Part shown: in pieces, positions 27,151 through 37,916 of the stretch
Layout of the letters: every line of letters starts with the position of its first letter
Numbering within the stretch: the stretch's first letter is position 1
Origin: Bacteroidales bacterium
GTDB lineage: Bacteria; Bacteroidota; Bacteroidia; Bacteroidales; JAQUTK01
Assembly (NCBI GenBank): GCA_028709785.1
Contig: JAQUTK010000010.1
Coordinates: 29,467 to 93,466, forward strand
Length of the DNA stretch: 64,000 nucleotides
Direction of reading: 5' to 3'
Made by a program: the position numbers and the translations under genes
The notes under the pieces: generated by a model
Database searches by the model: none
Told to the model about the DNA's origin: nothing
What the model saw: the letters and a program-made list of their open reading frames with translations, nothing else

Positions 27151-28482
27151 ATGAGTGTTCTGATGCTTTCCATCGTTGTCTTTTTAAGCATTGTGCTTAT
27201 CATCCTGCTCACTTCAGTCGCCAAACTGAATGCTTTCATTTCGTTGTTCGTCGTCTCTTTGTTGCTGGCGATTGTCGCGGTTCCTGATCATGATGTGATC
27301 ACGATTCTCAAGGAGGGCTTTGGAAATACAATGGGTTCCATCGGTCTGCTGATCATTTTTGGAGCAATCATTGCCGCTGTCCTTGATGAATCCGGAGGTG
27401 CAGCCAGCATAGCCAATTATATCTTGTCCAAAACCGGTAAGGAGAGAGCTCCGGCTGCTTTGGGGATCACGGGATTTATTGCCGGACTGCCGATCTTTTG
27501 TGATTCGGGGTTCATTATCTTGAGTGGACTGGCAAAGTCTTTCAGCAGTAAGACGAAAACGGCGATGCCTTTCATCGCGGTGGTTTTGGCTACTTCCTTG
27601 TATTCTGTTCATAACATAATTCCGACTCATCCGGGCTCGTTGGCTGCTTCCGGCATGCTGAACGTAAATGTTGGATATCTGATTGTGCTTGGTATTATCT
27701 TTGCCATACCCGGTGCACTGGCTGCTTATTTCTGGGTCCGATGGAAAACCCGTAAATCTGTTTTTGGAGATGAATCTGAGGAGAGTTTTACGGAAGATAG
27801 TGCTGAAAAAGAGCTTCCGGGTGTCTTCAAATCATTGCTTCCTGTCGCTGCTCCTATTGTTTTGATTGCTATCAACTCGTTGTTGAGCGTTTTTGGTCTG
27901 ACGGATGAGTTTTTTCTCATTCCCATACTGTTGTTTTTGGGACAACCGATTATTGCACTTTTTGTGGGTGTCTTGCTCTCTTTGTTGCTGTTGAAAAGAG
28001 TCAATATTGAATCGATCAACACGCTTCTTGAAAGAGCAATCAGGAAGGCGGGTCCAATTTTAGTGGTGACCGCTGCCGGGGGAATGTTTGGCCTCGTGAT
28101 AAAAGATACCGGAATAGGAACCTATGCCGGAGAGTTTCTGGTCCAAACAGGAATGGGCATTGCTGTTCCGTTTCTAATTTCTGCTGTCTTAAAAACCGCA
28201 CAGGGATCTTCGACCGTAGCGATTATCACTGCCGCTGCATTTGTTACACCTATTCTTCCTGTGTTAGGATTGGATAGTGAAACGGGCAAATTGCTGACGA
28301 TGCTTGCGATGAGTGCCGGTTCCATGATGATTTCACATGCCAATGACTCTTACTTCTGGGTGGTCACCCGGTTTTCAGGGATTACTCCGGATACTACGCT
28401 GAAGCTTTTTTCTACTGCTACTGTCATTATGGGCGTTACTGTTTTTGGTTGTGTGTTGATTACTTCCTGGTTCATTCTTTAA
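27151..28482 (+). CDS. GntP family permease
   Basis: ~12 TM segments. Length and motifs (GITGFIAGLPIFCDSGFIIL, ISHANDSYFWVV) are typical of gluconate/glycerate:H+ symporters. Confidence 0.8.
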   Translation: MSVLMLSIVVFLSIVLIILLTSVAKLNAFISLFVVSLLLAIVAVPDHDVITILKEGFGNTMGSIGLLIIFGAIIAAVLDESGGAASIANYILSKTGKERAPAALGITGFIAGLPIFCDSGFIILSGLAKSFSSKTKTAMPFIAVVLATSLYSVHNIIPTHPGSLAASGMLNVNVGYLIVLGIIFAIPGALAAYFWVRWKTRKSVFGDESEESFTEDSAEKELPGVFKSLLPVAAPIVLIAINSLLSVFGLTDEFFLIPILLFLGQPIIALFVGVLLSLLLLKRVNIESINTLLERAIRKAGPILVVTAAGGMFGLVIKDTGIGTYAGEFLVQTGMGIAVPFLISAVLKTAQGSSTVAIITAAAFVTPILPVLGLDSETGKLLTMLAMSAGSMMISHANDSYFWVVTRFSGITPDTTLKLFSTATVIMGVTVFGCVLITSWFIL

Positions 28483-28598
28483 TAAATTAGTAGATAATCT
28501 TGAATAATCAGAGATAATAAATGTATATTTGTGCGAATCAACAGTTATCCCTTTCAGCGATTTGTTATTCCCTATTGTACTTAAATACGTAATGAAAA

Positions 28599-30692
28599 AT
28601 GACAAGCCAATCATATAAAGAGTTAGAACAAACAATTTTATTTCTGGAGCAAGAACTGAGCGATAAAGATGAAAGGCTTTCGCTTTTGAAGTCAGATTTT
28701 GACAGTAATGGCAAACCGTTACATGCATTAGAATCAGTCGCTAATAGTACTGACAGGATGAAGATTGAGACGGAATTAAAAGATGCCTTGGAAAAGGTAC
28801 GCGAAAAAGAGAGCGATATTCAAGATATAATATCAAACTTTGAAGCCTTTTTTAATACGATTGATGATTTCCTGTTTGTCTTGGATGAAATGGGGAATAT
28901 CCTTCATTGTAACGAGACAGTTATAAAACGGCTGGGTTATACACTGGAAGAGTTGAATGGGATGCCTGTCTTGAACGTACATCCGGAAGAGCGTAGGAAT
29001 GATGCGCTGCAAATAATTACTGAGATGCTTAGTGGGAAAAGCGATTTTTGCCCCATACCATTAATCACCAAACAAGGCAAAGAAATTTATGTTGAGACGC
29101 GGATCAGTCACGGTGTATGGAATGGAAAACCGGCATTGTTTGGTGTTTCAAAAGATATTTCCAAACTAAAACTATCCGAAGAGAAATTTTCGACAGCGTT
29201 TTATCTAAATCCTTCGGCTTGCGGTTTGAGTGAAGCGGATTCAGGTAGATATGTTGAAGTAAATGAGGCGTTTTACAGATTGTTCGGCTTTACAAAAGAA
29301 GAAACAATCGGCCATACAGCTACCGAGTTACAACTAATGCCAGAGAAAACGAGGGCTGCGATCTTGTCAAAAGCCGACAGTTTGGGCAGAATATTTAATG
29401 AGGAAGCTGAACTAAGAACAAAGAATGGTGAGATAAAAAGAGTTTTATTATCAGGACAGAATATACAGATCCAGGATCATGACTATCGTTATACGGTTGT
29501 TCATGATGTGACGGAGATACACAAAGCAAAAGAAAAGATTGAAGAAAGCGAAGGTAAATTCAGAAATCTGTATGAATCACTATCGCTTGCTTATCTGATC
29601 ATTAAAGACGGAGTCTGTATTGAATGTAATGAAGCTGCGCTTGAAATATATAAAGCAGATAAAAAGGAGGAGATTATCGGGAAATCGCCTATAAACTATT
29701 CACCTGAATTTCAAACGAATAATAATAAATCATCGGAAGAGGCTAAACGGCATATTAAACTGGCTATTGAAAAAGGGTTTCATACGTTTGAATGGCTGGG
29801 CATGCGAAAAAACAAAGAAGAGTTTTATGCTGAAGTTTCATTAAAAAAATTCTATTTTAAAGACCAATTGTATATTCAATGCCTGACCAGCGATATTACG
29901 GAACGTAAGAGAGTTGAATCTGAACTTATAGCAGCGAAGGAAAGAGCGGAGGAAAGCGACCGTCTGAAAACAGCTTTTCTTCAAAATATGTCGCACGAAA
30001 TCAGAACGCCGTTAAATGCTATCTGTGGCTTCTCGGCCTTTTTGGATGACGATGATATAGATGCTGATAGACGTAAAAGTTATGTTCAGATTATTCAAAA
30101 CAACAGTAATCAATTGTTATCTATTGTATCGGATGTACTTACGATTTCTGCCCTCGAAACGAAACAGGCGCAGATTAATATATCAAAGGTTTGTATCAAT
30201 GACGTCATTGTCGAATTACTGGCTGTTTTCAAACAACAGGCAAGTAATCAGACTGTTTCTCTTCTTGCAAAACGACCCTTGTCTGATAAACAATCAACTA
30301 TTTACACGGATAAAACGAAGATCACTCAGATATTAACCAATTTGTTGACCAATGCGTTAAAGTTTACGCATGACGGTTTCATTGAGTTTGGCTATCTGCT
30401 CATCAATGACGAAATCGAATTTTATATGAAAGATAGTGGAATAGGAGTCAAGCCGGAATTGCATGAGAAGATTTTTGAACGCTTCTGTCAAGCTGACAAA
30501 ACAATACAAATTAATTATGGTGGCACAGGTTTGGGCCTTTCAATTTGTAAGGGTTTTGTGGAGTTATTAGGCGGAAAGATCCGGGTTCAATCAGAGTTTG
30601 GAAAAGGCTCAACCTTTTATTTTACGCTTCCATACAAACCTGTCAGTGAGATGGGGAAAAATACGATTAAAAGTGACAATCCCAAAGGATAA
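28599..30692 (+). CDS. multi-PAS sensor histidine kinase
   Basis: Three PAS-like modules. H box FLQNMSHEIRTPLNAI, N box LTNLLTNALKFT, G boxes DSGIGV and GTGLGLSIC. Confidence 0.85.
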   Translation: MTSQSYKELEQTILFLEQELSDKDERLSLLKSDFDSNGKPLHALESVANSTDRMKIETELKDALEKVREKESDIQDIISNFEAFFNTIDDFLFVLDEMGNILHCNETVIKRLGYTLEELNGMPVLNVHPEERRNDALQIITEMLSGKSDFCPIPLITKQGKEIYVETRISHGVWNGKPALFGVSKDISKLKLSEEKFSTAFYLNPSACGLSEADSGRYVEVNEAFYRLFGFTKEETIGHTATELQLMPEKTRAAILSKADSLGRIFNEEAELRTKNGEIKRVLLSGQNIQIQDHDYRYTVVHDVTEIHKAKEKIEESEGKFRNLYESLSLAYLIIKDGVCIECNEAALEIYKADKKEEIIGKSPINYSPEFQTNNNKSSEEAKRHIKLAIEKGFHTFEWLGMRKNKEEFYAEVSLKKFYFKDQLYIQCLTSDITERKRVESELIAAKERAEESDRLKTAFLQNMSHEIRTPLNAICGFSAFLDDDDIDADRRKSYVQIIQNNSNQLLSIVSDVLTISALETKQAQINISKVCINDVIVELLAVFKQQASNQTVSLLAKRPLSDKQSTIYTDKTKITQILTNLLTNALKFTHDGFIEFGYLLINDEIEFYMKDSGIGVKPELHEKIFERFCQADKTIQINYGGTGLGLSICKGFVELLGGKIRVQSEFGKGSTFYFTLPYKPVSEMGKNTIKSDNPKG

Positions 30693-30727
30693 TGATGGGG
30701 CTGCAATGTTCCTGTTTTTTGAATTCA

Positions 30728-32062
30728 ATGAATACAAAGAGTTACGCAGAACAAATATTCCGTTCGGGTGTTGATCGTGTGTTGCCTGATCAATTGATCC
30801 GTTCGCAGGTAAAGATCGCAGATCATATTCTTTATCTGGCCGATCATCCTTTTCCTCTTGACACTTTTCATCATATCTATGTGATAGGTGCGGGTAAAGC
30901 AAGTGCCTTGATGGCGAGCGAACTTGAATCTATATTGGGTGAAAGGATCACGCAGGGACATATTGTGGTAAAGCAGGGGCATACGTGCGCGTTAAAACGG
31001 ATGCGTATCACAGAGGCTGCTCATCCAATACCAGATCAGAAGGGTGTTCAGGCGACAAAGGAATTATTGGAGATTGTGAACAAAGCCGGTAAAGATGATC
31101 TGGTGATCTGTCTGATATCGGGTGGCGCTTCTTCCTTGTTAGCCGACTATCCGGAAGGTTCATCGCTGGATGATCTGGTCGCGATGAATCGGTTGCTGAT
31201 TGAAAGTGGGGCGGATATCCAACAGATCAATACTGTACGAAAACATCTCTCAAAAGTAAAAGGCGGACAACTGGCGAAAGCTATTGATCCGGCTTGTTTT
31301 GTCAGTTTCATCCTCTCGGATGTGATCGGTGATCCTCTTGATGTGATTGCCTCCGGTCCGACGACTCCCGATAGTTCCACCTTTGCCGATGCGTGGCACG
31401 TGCTCGAGGAACTGGATCTTCTGCCTGTGTTTCCTCTTTCCATGGTCAATTATCTTCGGATGGGGATGGACGGTTTGGTGCCGGAGACTCCCAAACCGGG
31501 TGATCCGCTGTTTGCCCGTGGCCATTCGCTTCTGATTGGCAACAACACGCTCGCGTTGGAAGCTGCGAAAGAGAAGGCGCTTGAACTGGGATTTGAGGTT
31601 CGTATCCTGACTTCGGCACTGCAGAGAGAGGTGAGAAAGGTGGCTGATTTCATACTGGATGAAGCAGTAAAGATTCAGAATGACCCGGCTGTAAAGAAAC
31701 CGTTTTGTCTGCTTGCCGGAGGCGAACCGACTATCAAAGTGACAGGACGTGGAATAGGTGGACGTAATCAGCACTTTGCATTGTACTGTGCGACCCGCTT
31801 GGAAGGGAAGCAGGGGATTACCGTGCTTTGTGCGGGAAGTGACGGAACGGATGGTCCGACGGATGCGGCCGGAGCTGTGGTTGATGGCGACACGCTGAGA
31901 GTGGCATTGGAGAAGAAGATAGATTCCCGGGTCTATCTGGAAGCCTGCGACTCCTATTCATTCTTCCGGCAGGTTGGCGGACATATAATGACCGGTAACA
32001 CACGAACGAATGTGATGGATCTGGTCGTCGTGATCATACTACCTGTTCATCCGCAGAAATGA
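30728..32062 (+). CDS. glycerate 2-kinase / hydroxypyruvate reductase-like protein (DUF4147 + MOFRL)
   Basis: VIGAGKASALMA, LISGGASSLL, INTVRKHLSKVKGGQLA, LLAGGEPTIKVTG.GIGGRNQ, AGSDGTDGPTDAAGA. ATG 30728 is preferred over 30692. Confidence 0.8.
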   Translation: MNTKSYAEQIFRSGVDRVLPDQLIRSQVKIADHILYLADHPFPLDTFHHIYVIGAGKASALMASELESILGERITQGHIVVKQGHTCALKRMRITEAAHPIPDQKGVQATKELLEIVNKAGKDDLVICLISGGASSLLADYPEGSSLDDLVAMNRLLIESGADIQQINTVRKHLSKVKGGQLAKAIDPACFVSFILSDVIGDPLDVIASGPTTPDSSTFADAWHVLEELDLLPVFPLSMVNYLRMGMDGLVPETPKPGDPLFARGHSLLIGNNTLALEAAKEKALELGFEVRILTSALQREVRKVADFILDEAVKIQNDPAVKKPFCLLAGGEPTIKVTGRGIGGRNQHFALYCATRLEGKQGITVLCAGSDGTDGPTDAAGAVVDGDTLRVALEKKIDSRVYLEACDSYSFFRQVGGHIMTGNTRTNVMDLVVVIILPVHPQK

Positions 32063-32228
32063 ATAAACGTTGCTATTGTTTGATATTTCATTCAATTTCT
32101 TTTGTGCGTTTGAATAAAACATTCTACATTTGAGAAACTATTGCGATAGTTGATTTTTCCTGTTGAGTGCTGTTTTTGTTACTGAATGAACGTGTTTCTA
32201 TTTCTGATAACCTTATAAATTGTATTAC

Positions 32229-33665
32229 ATGAAAGAGCTTAGAATGTTTATCGATGGGAAATTTGTGGAGAATAAATCCGACAAATGGATCAATGTGTTG
32301 AATCCTTCTACGGAAGAAGTGGTGTCACGCCAGCCGGAAGGAACAGTAGAGGATACGAAAGCTGCTATTGATGCTGCTGAAAAAGCACAGCCTGCCTGGG
32401 CTAAACTCACGCCTGTGGAGCGTGCCGGATATCTGAGAAAAATCGCTGCCGGCATCCGGAAGAGAGAAAAAGAACTGACTGATATTATTGTCAAAGAGGG
32501 TGGAAAGACACAGGGTCTGGCTAATGTGGAGGCTATGTTTACCGCTGATTATTTAGATTATATGGCTGAATGGGCGCGTCGTTATGAAGGAGAAATCATC
32601 AACAGCGATCGTCCGAAAGAGACTATTTTACTGTTTAAAAAGCCAATCGGTGTGACTACCGGTATACTTCCCTGGAACTTCCCGTTTTTCCTGATTGCCC
32701 GCAAAGCCGGTCCGGCATTGGTTACCGGAAATACCATCGTGGTTAAGCCGAGTCAGTTGACACCGGAGAATGCGTATGTCTTTGCACAGATCGTCGAAGA
32801 GGTAGGTTTGCCGAAGGGTGTGTTTAACCTCGTCATGGGAAAAGGCTCTGTCGTGGGTCACGAACTTGCTGCCAACCCGAAAGTGGGTATGGTCAGTCTG
32901 ACAGGTAGTGTTTCCGCGGGACAGCAGATTATGGTTGCCGCGGCTGATAATATAACGAAGGTTTCACTCGAACTGGGCGGTAAAGCTCCTGCTATCGTTA
33001 TGGATGATTGTGATCTGGATCTGGCTGTCAAATCGATCATCGCTTCACGTGTCATCAATACCGGACAGGTATGTAACTGTTGTGAACGGGTGTATGTGCA
33101 GAAGGGGATCAAAGAGGCCTTCCTGAAAAAAGTGATTGCCGGAATGAAAGTAGTTAAATCTGGTGATCCTGCTCAGATAAAAGACCTGGATATGGGTCCG
33201 TTGGTTGAAGCGAATGCGCTGAAGTCTATCGAAGCCAAACTGGAAAAAGCAGTGAAACAGGGTGCGACCATTGAATGTGGTGGACACAGAATAGGCACAA
33301 AAGGTTATTTCTTTGAACCGACAGTATTGACCGGTGTGACTCAGGATATGGATATTGTACATGAAGAGACCTTTGGTCCGGTGCTACCTATTGTTGAATT
33401 CTCTACGCTCGATGAAGCGATCGAAATGGCAAATGATTGTGAGTTTGGTCTGACTTCTTCTATCTATACAACCAATCTGAATACATCGTTGAAGGCGGTG
33501 CGCGAACTGAAATTCGGTGAAACGTATGTCAACAGGGAGAACTTTGAAGCGATGCAGGGATTCCATGCCGGATGGCGTAAGTCAGGTATCGGCGGTGCTG
33601 ACGGTAAACATGGTTTGGAAGAATATCTGCAAACGCACGTTGTTTATATTGAAACACAGGATTAA
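32229..33665 (+). CDS. aldA: lactaldehyde dehydrogenase (NAD-dependent aldehyde dehydrogenase A)
   Basis: Near-colinear by eye with E. coli AldA: FTADYLDYMAEWARRYEGEII, GILPWNFPFFLIARK, ELGGKAPAIVMDD, VINTGQVCNCCERVYVQ, NRENFEAMQGFHAGWRKSGIGGADGKHGL. Confidence 0.9.
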   Translation: MKELRMFIDGKFVENKSDKWINVLNPSTEEVVSRQPEGTVEDTKAAIDAAEKAQPAWAKLTPVERAGYLRKIAAGIRKREKELTDIIVKEGGKTQGLANVEAMFTADYLDYMAEWARRYEGEIINSDRPKETILLFKKPIGVTTGILPWNFPFFLIARKAGPALVTGNTIVVKPSQLTPENAYVFAQIVEEVGLPKGVFNLVMGKGSVVGHELAANPKVGMVSLTGSVSAGQQIMVAAADNITKVSLELGGKAPAIVMDDCDLDLAVKSIIASRVINTGQVCNCCERVYVQKGIKEAFLKKVIAGMKVVKSGDPAQIKDLDMGPLVEANALKSIEAKLEKAVKQGATIECGGHRIGTKGYFFEPTVLTGVTQDMDIVHEETFGPVLPIVEFSTLDEAIEMANDCEFGLTSSIYTTNLNTSLKAVRELKFGETYVNRENFEAMQGFHAGWRKSGIGGADGKHGLEEYLQTHVVYIETQD

Positions 33666-34420
33666 TGGATCATTTAGCTAAGATCGGTTTATTTATTCCA
33701 TGTTATGTGAATGCTGTATTCCCGGAAGTGGGTATAGCAACCTATAAATTACTAAAACAGTTGGGAATAGACGTTGACTATCCGGTTGACCAGACTTGTT
33801 GTGGTCAACCGATGGCCAATGCCGGCTTTGAAGGGAAAAGTCTGCCGTTGATTCATAAGTTTAATGATCTTTTTGATACCTATGATTATGTGGTGGGTCC
33901 TTCGGCCAGTTGCGTGGCCTTTGTGAAGGAGAATCATCCACACATACTGGCGGCTCATGGACAACATCAATGTCAAATGAGCGGAAAGATCTATGAGGTC
34001 TGCGAATTTCTGCATGATATCGTGAAAGTAGAGAAGTTTCCCGGAGCTTTTCCTCATAAAGTGAGTGTGCATAATAGCTGTCACGGGGTGAGGGAGTTGC
34101 ATTTGTCTTCGCCTAGCGAACTCCATACGCCACGCTATTCGAAGATAAAGGATTTGTTATCTTTAAAAGAAGGTGTGGAGGTCTTTGAACCTCAGCGTGT
34201 GGATGAATGTTGTGGATTTGGCGGTATGTTTGCCATTGAAGAGGATGCGGTGTCTGTGCAGATGGGGAAAGACAAACTCCGCAATCACATCGCTACCGGC
34301 GCTGAATATGTGACCGGTGCCGATAGTTCCTGTCTGATGCACATGCAAGGTATTGCGAGGCGCGAGAAGTTGCCCATTCAGTTTATACACGTCGTAGAAA
34401 TTTTAGCTGCCGGACTATGA
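33665..34420 (+). CDS. lutA: L-lactate utilization protein LutA ((Fe-S)-binding, two CCG domains)
   Basis: CCGQP and CCGFGG motifs. First gene of the three-gene lutABC order, with overlapping stops and starts. Confidence 0.85.
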   Translation: MDHLAKIGLFIPCYVNAVFPEVGIATYKLLKQLGIDVDYPVDQTCCGQPMANAGFEGKSLPLIHKFNDLFDTYDYVVGPSASCVAFVKENHPHILAAHGQHQCQMSGKIYEVCEFLHDIVKVEKFPGAFPHKVSVHNSCHGVRELHLSSPSELHTPRYSKIKDLLSLKEGVEVFEPQRVDECCGFGGMFAIEEDAVSVQMGKDKLRNHIATGAEYVTGADSSCLMHMQGIARREKLPIQFIHVVEILAAGL

Positions 34421-35790
34421 AAAAAGAAACGCATATTCACGCTGCGGAACGCTTCCTGAATAATAAGAAGAATGCGGTGTGGCACGACGAGACGCTCTGG
34501 CAGACCCGTGCCAAGAGGGACAGGCAAGCGGCTCTGATTCCGGAATGGGAGCAACTGAGAGAGTTGGCGAGCAAGATAAAGATGCACACCATCACTCATC
34601 TGGATCACTATCTGGAGCAATTTGCCGCAGCTGCGGAAAAGAATGGTGCCACAGTGCACTGGGCCAAAGATGCTGCCGAACACAATGCGATCGTTCTTCA
34701 GATCCTTCAGCAGCATCAAGCGACCCAACTGGTCAAGAGTAAGTCAATGCTTACGGAAGAGTGTCATCTCAATCCGTTTCTCATAGAAAAAGGTGTTGAT
34801 GTGGTGGAAAGTGACTTGGGTGAGCGGATCCTGCAACTCATGGATATTCCGCCAAGCCACATCGTGATGCCTGCCATTCATATTCAGAGAGAGGCAGTGG
34901 GAAAGTTGTTTGAGGAAAAACTGAATACCGAAAAGGGAAATGCCGATCCAACCTATCTTACCCGGGCGATGCGAAAGAGTCTCCGTCAGAAGTTTCTGGC
35001 TTCCACCGTGGCTATGACCGGCGCTAATTTTGGAATTGCTGAGACTGGAGATGTGGTGGTCTGCACGAATGAGGGAAATGCCGATATGGGCACATCCATT
35101 GCTAAAGTGCATATCGTCTCTATGGGTATTGAGAAAGTCATTCCCAGCCATGACGCGCTGAGCGTGTTTGTTCGTCTCCTGGCCCGTTCGGCTACCGGAC
35201 AACCCAGCACTTCTTACACGTCTCATTACCAGAAACCGCAAAAAGAAGGGGAACTCCATATCATATTGGTTGATAACGGGAGAAGTTCTATTTTGGCGGA
35301 TAAAGATCATATCCAGACCCTGAAATGCATTCGTTGCGGCGCATGTATGAACACCTGTCCGGTTTATCGTCGCAGTGGAGGGTATTCGTATTCCTATTTC
35401 ATACCGGGCCCCATCGGCATCAATCTGGGCATGTTGAAAGCACCGAAGAACTATTATACCAATTTGTCGGCCTGTACACTCTGTTTCTCCTGTAATTCGG
35501 TTTGTCCCGTCCAGGTGGATCTGGGCAATCAGATTTATAAATGGAGGCAGGGACTGGATTCCATCGGCAAAGCCAATCGGACAAAGAAAGTGATGTCGGA
35601 CGGCATGAGGATGATGTTTAAACAGTCGGGGATTTACCATGCTGCTTTAAAGGCTGCTCCGCTCATTAACCTGATGCCCCGTGCGCTGATCTATTGCAAA
35701 GCGGACAAATGGGGTATAGGCAGGGAGTTGCCGCAATTTGCCAAACAATCATTTAATTCCTGGTGGAAAAAAGAAGTTCTGAAGAAATGA
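34417..35790 (+). CDS. lutB: L-lactate utilization protein LutB (4Fe-4S ferredoxin-type)
   Basis: CIRCGACMNTCP and CTLCFSCNSVCP clusters, LUD-like N-terminal part. Confidence 0.85.
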   Translation: MKKETHIHAAERFLNNKKNAVWHDETLWQTRAKRDRQAALIPEWEQLRELASKIKMHTITHLDHYLEQFAAAAEKNGATVHWAKDAAEHNAIVLQILQQHQATQLVKSKSMLTEECHLNPFLIEKGVDVVESDLGERILQLMDIPPSHIVMPAIHIQREAVGKLFEEKLNTEKGNADPTYLTRAMRKSLRQKFLASTVAMTGANFGIAETGDVVVCTNEGNADMGTSIAKVHIVSMGIEKVIPSHDALSVFVRLLARSATGQPSTSYTSHYQKPQKEGELHIILVDNGRSSILADKDHIQTLKCIRCGACMNTCPVYRRSGGYSYSYFIPGPIGINLGMLKAPKNYYTNLSACTLCFSCNSVCPVQVDLGNQIYKWRQGLDSIGKANRTKKVMSDGMRMMFKQSGIYHAALKAAPLINLMPRALIYCKADKWGIGRELPQFAKQSFNSWWKKEVLKK

Positions 35791-36362
35791 GCAACAAGGA
35801 GGAAATACTAAAGAATATCAGACTGCATACCCAAGAGACGTATGAGATGCCTTTGATAACATTGGATGCCATCCACTATCCGGATAAGGTGGAACAGTTT
35901 ATCCAGGTAAGTAAAAGCGTGGGAGGAAATGCGGTCGTGCTGAGGGAAGGGGAAGATCTCAATGAGTTGATACGATCCTTGTATCCGGATGCCGGCAAGA
36001 GTGCCTCCAATGTGCCGGGAATTCATGCGGCAATCAATCCGGATGATGTCCGGACTTCTCAGGAACTTAACGGGATAGATCTGGGAATTGTTCAGGGAGT
36101 TTTTGGAGTTGCTGAAAATGGCGGTGTGTGGGTGGTTCAGAACGTGAAGGAGAGGAGTTTGTATTTCATCTCGGAATATCTGGTCATCCTCATTGACAAA
36201 GATCAGATCGTTGATAACATGCACGAGGCGTACAAAAAAGCTGCGTTCAATGACTATGGGTTCGGATGTTTTATTTCCGGTCCTTCGAAGACGGCAGACA
36301 TCGAACAGGCACTGGTGGTGGGAGCTCACGGTCCGAAGGGGCTGACTGTCATTTTGAGATAG
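35787..36362 (+). CDS. lutC: L-lactate utilization protein LutC (LUD domain)
   Basis: ATGA overlap with the lutB stop. AENGGVWV and ISGPSKTADIE motifs. Confidence 0.8.
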   Translation: MSNKEEILKNIRLHTQETYEMPLITLDAIHYPDKVEQFIQVSKSVGGNAVVLREGEDLNELIRSLYPDAGKSASNVPGIHAAINPDDVRTSQELNGIDLGIVQGVFGVAENGGVWVVQNVKERSLYFISEYLVILIDKDQIVDNMHEAYKKAAFNDYGFGCFISGPSKTADIEQALVVGAHGPKGLTVILR

Positions 36363-36422
36363 TTGCGATTCTTCTTTCTTCTGTTGAATACGATCCTGAA
36401 GAAAGATATGCTGTCCGGATTC

Positions 36423-37916
36423 CTAAAACTGGAAGTATATGAACGGTTGAATCTCCGCTGATTTAATTTGAAAGATCCAGATAATAAGCAATGTGATAGC
36501 GACAGCCTGCAGCACGAGCGGCATGCGGACTACCGCCTCGTTTACCTGTGTCTCGAGTTTCTGAGGTACAAAGTGAAGCAGGTAACCGAGAATCATGAAC
36601 GAGAAGACAACTTTGTAGCCCAGCACAAACTGGGGCAATACTTCCGGATGAAATGCGGTGAATATACGGTTGAACACTTCTACCGCATGGGCAAAACTGT
36701 CGGCTCTGAAAAAGACCCAGCACGCACTCACAATATGGAAGGTGATAAGCACACCGAACAATCGTTGCCACGGAGACATATCTGATCCATTCACTTTCAT
36801 CCATGGGAACAGTCTCATCAGAAGTTTGTGGACGATCAGTGAAAGACCGTGCAATCCTCCCCAAAAGACGAATTTCAGCGATGCACCATGCCATAATCCA
36901 CCTAATAACATTGTGATAAACAGATTGAAATAGGTCCGGAGCTTTCCTTTCTTGTTTCCTCCCAGAGCAATATAGAGATAATCTTTTAGCCAGGAGGAGA
37001 GAGAAATATGCCAACGACGCCAGAACTCTGTGACGGAAGCGGATTTATATGGAGAATCAAAGTTTGCCTTGAGCCGGAAGCCTAACAGCAGAGCGATACC
37101 TATCGCCATATCGGAATAGCCCGAGAAGTCGCAATAGATCTGAAGGGAATAACCATACATTCCCATCAGGTTCTCAAAGCCTGTATAAAGGGAAGGATTA
37201 TCAAAGATCCGGTCCACAAAATTGAGACCAATGTAATCGGATATAATTGCTTTCTTGAACAGCCCCGCGAAAATAAGAAAGATTCCGTTGCCAAACATCT
37301 CGCGGGTCACAACCTGGCTGGTTGCAATCTGAGGGATAAAGTCTTTTGCCCGGACAATCGGACCGGCCACCAACGCCGGGAAGAAGGATATGTAAAAGGC
37401 ATAATCCATAAACCGTTTCACCGGTTGAAGCTGTTTGCGATACACATCTACAATGTAACTGATGGATTCAAAAGTCCAGAAAGAGATACCTATCGGCAGG
37501 AAGATACGCTGAAACTCAAAAGTCTGGTGGGTGATGTTTGAAAAGAGTTCCAGCGTCAGATTGAAATATTTAAAGTAACCCAGTAAGGCCAAGTGAAAAC
37601 TGACAGAGAGAAATACAAAGAATTTCTTTGCATGATTGCTCTTTACCTGTCCGATTTTCTGACCAAGTAAATAATCTACGACCGTCGATATCAACAGGAA
37701 GATCAGATAAAAGCCACTCGATTTGTAATAGAAATAATAGGAGAAGAGTAGCACCCAAACGATTTTCATCGTCAGATTCTTCTTTACCAGATTGTATAGG
37801 ATCAGGAAACCGAGAAATACAAACAAGAACATCCCACTATTGAAAATAAGAGGCTCTTTGGGGTTGCATACAAATAACTGCAAGAGTTTATCGACGTCGA
37901 AGTTCCAGGTATTCAT
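36423..37916 (-). CDS. MBOAT family O-acyltransferase (AlgI/PatA-like)
   Basis: Polytopic membrane protein with FWRRWHISLSSWLKDYLYIALGGN and LLGGLWHGAS (conserved MBOAT His). Confidence 0.85.
   Translation of the reverse strand: MNTWNFDVDKLLQLFVCNPKEPLIFNSGMFLFVFLGFLILYNLVKKNLTMKIVWVLLFSYYFYYKSSGFYLIFLLISTVVDYLLGQKIGQVKSNHAKKFFVFLSVSFHLALLGYFKYFNLTLELFSNITHQTFEFQRIFLPIGISFWTFESISYIVDVYRKQLQPVKRFMDYAFYISFFPALVAGPIVRAKDFIPQIATSQVVTREMFGNGIFLIFAGLFKKAIISDYIGLNFVDRIFDNPSLYTGFENLMGMYGYSLQIYCDFSGYSDMAIGIALLLGFRLKANFDSPYKSASVTEFWRRWHISLSSWLKDYLYIALGGNKKGKLRTYFNLFITMLLGGLWHGASLKFVFWGGLHGLSLIVHKLLMRLFPWMKVNGSDMSPWQRLFGVLITFHIVSACWVFFRADSFAHAVEVFNRIFTAFHPEVLPQFVLGYKVVFSFMILGYLLHFVPQKLETQVNEAVVRMPLVLQAVAITLLIIWIFQIKSAEIQPFIYFQF

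Noticed and set aside
34744-35640. 298-aa minus-strand ORF
   Set aside because: It is antisense to lutB, whose Fe-S cluster motifs and operon context are clear.
36463-37014. 183-aa minus-strand ORF in an alternative frame of the MBOAT gene
   Set aside because: It overlaps the MBOAT coding frame, which carries the conserved His motif. The alternative frame is Arg/Ser/Cys-rich with no TM pattern.
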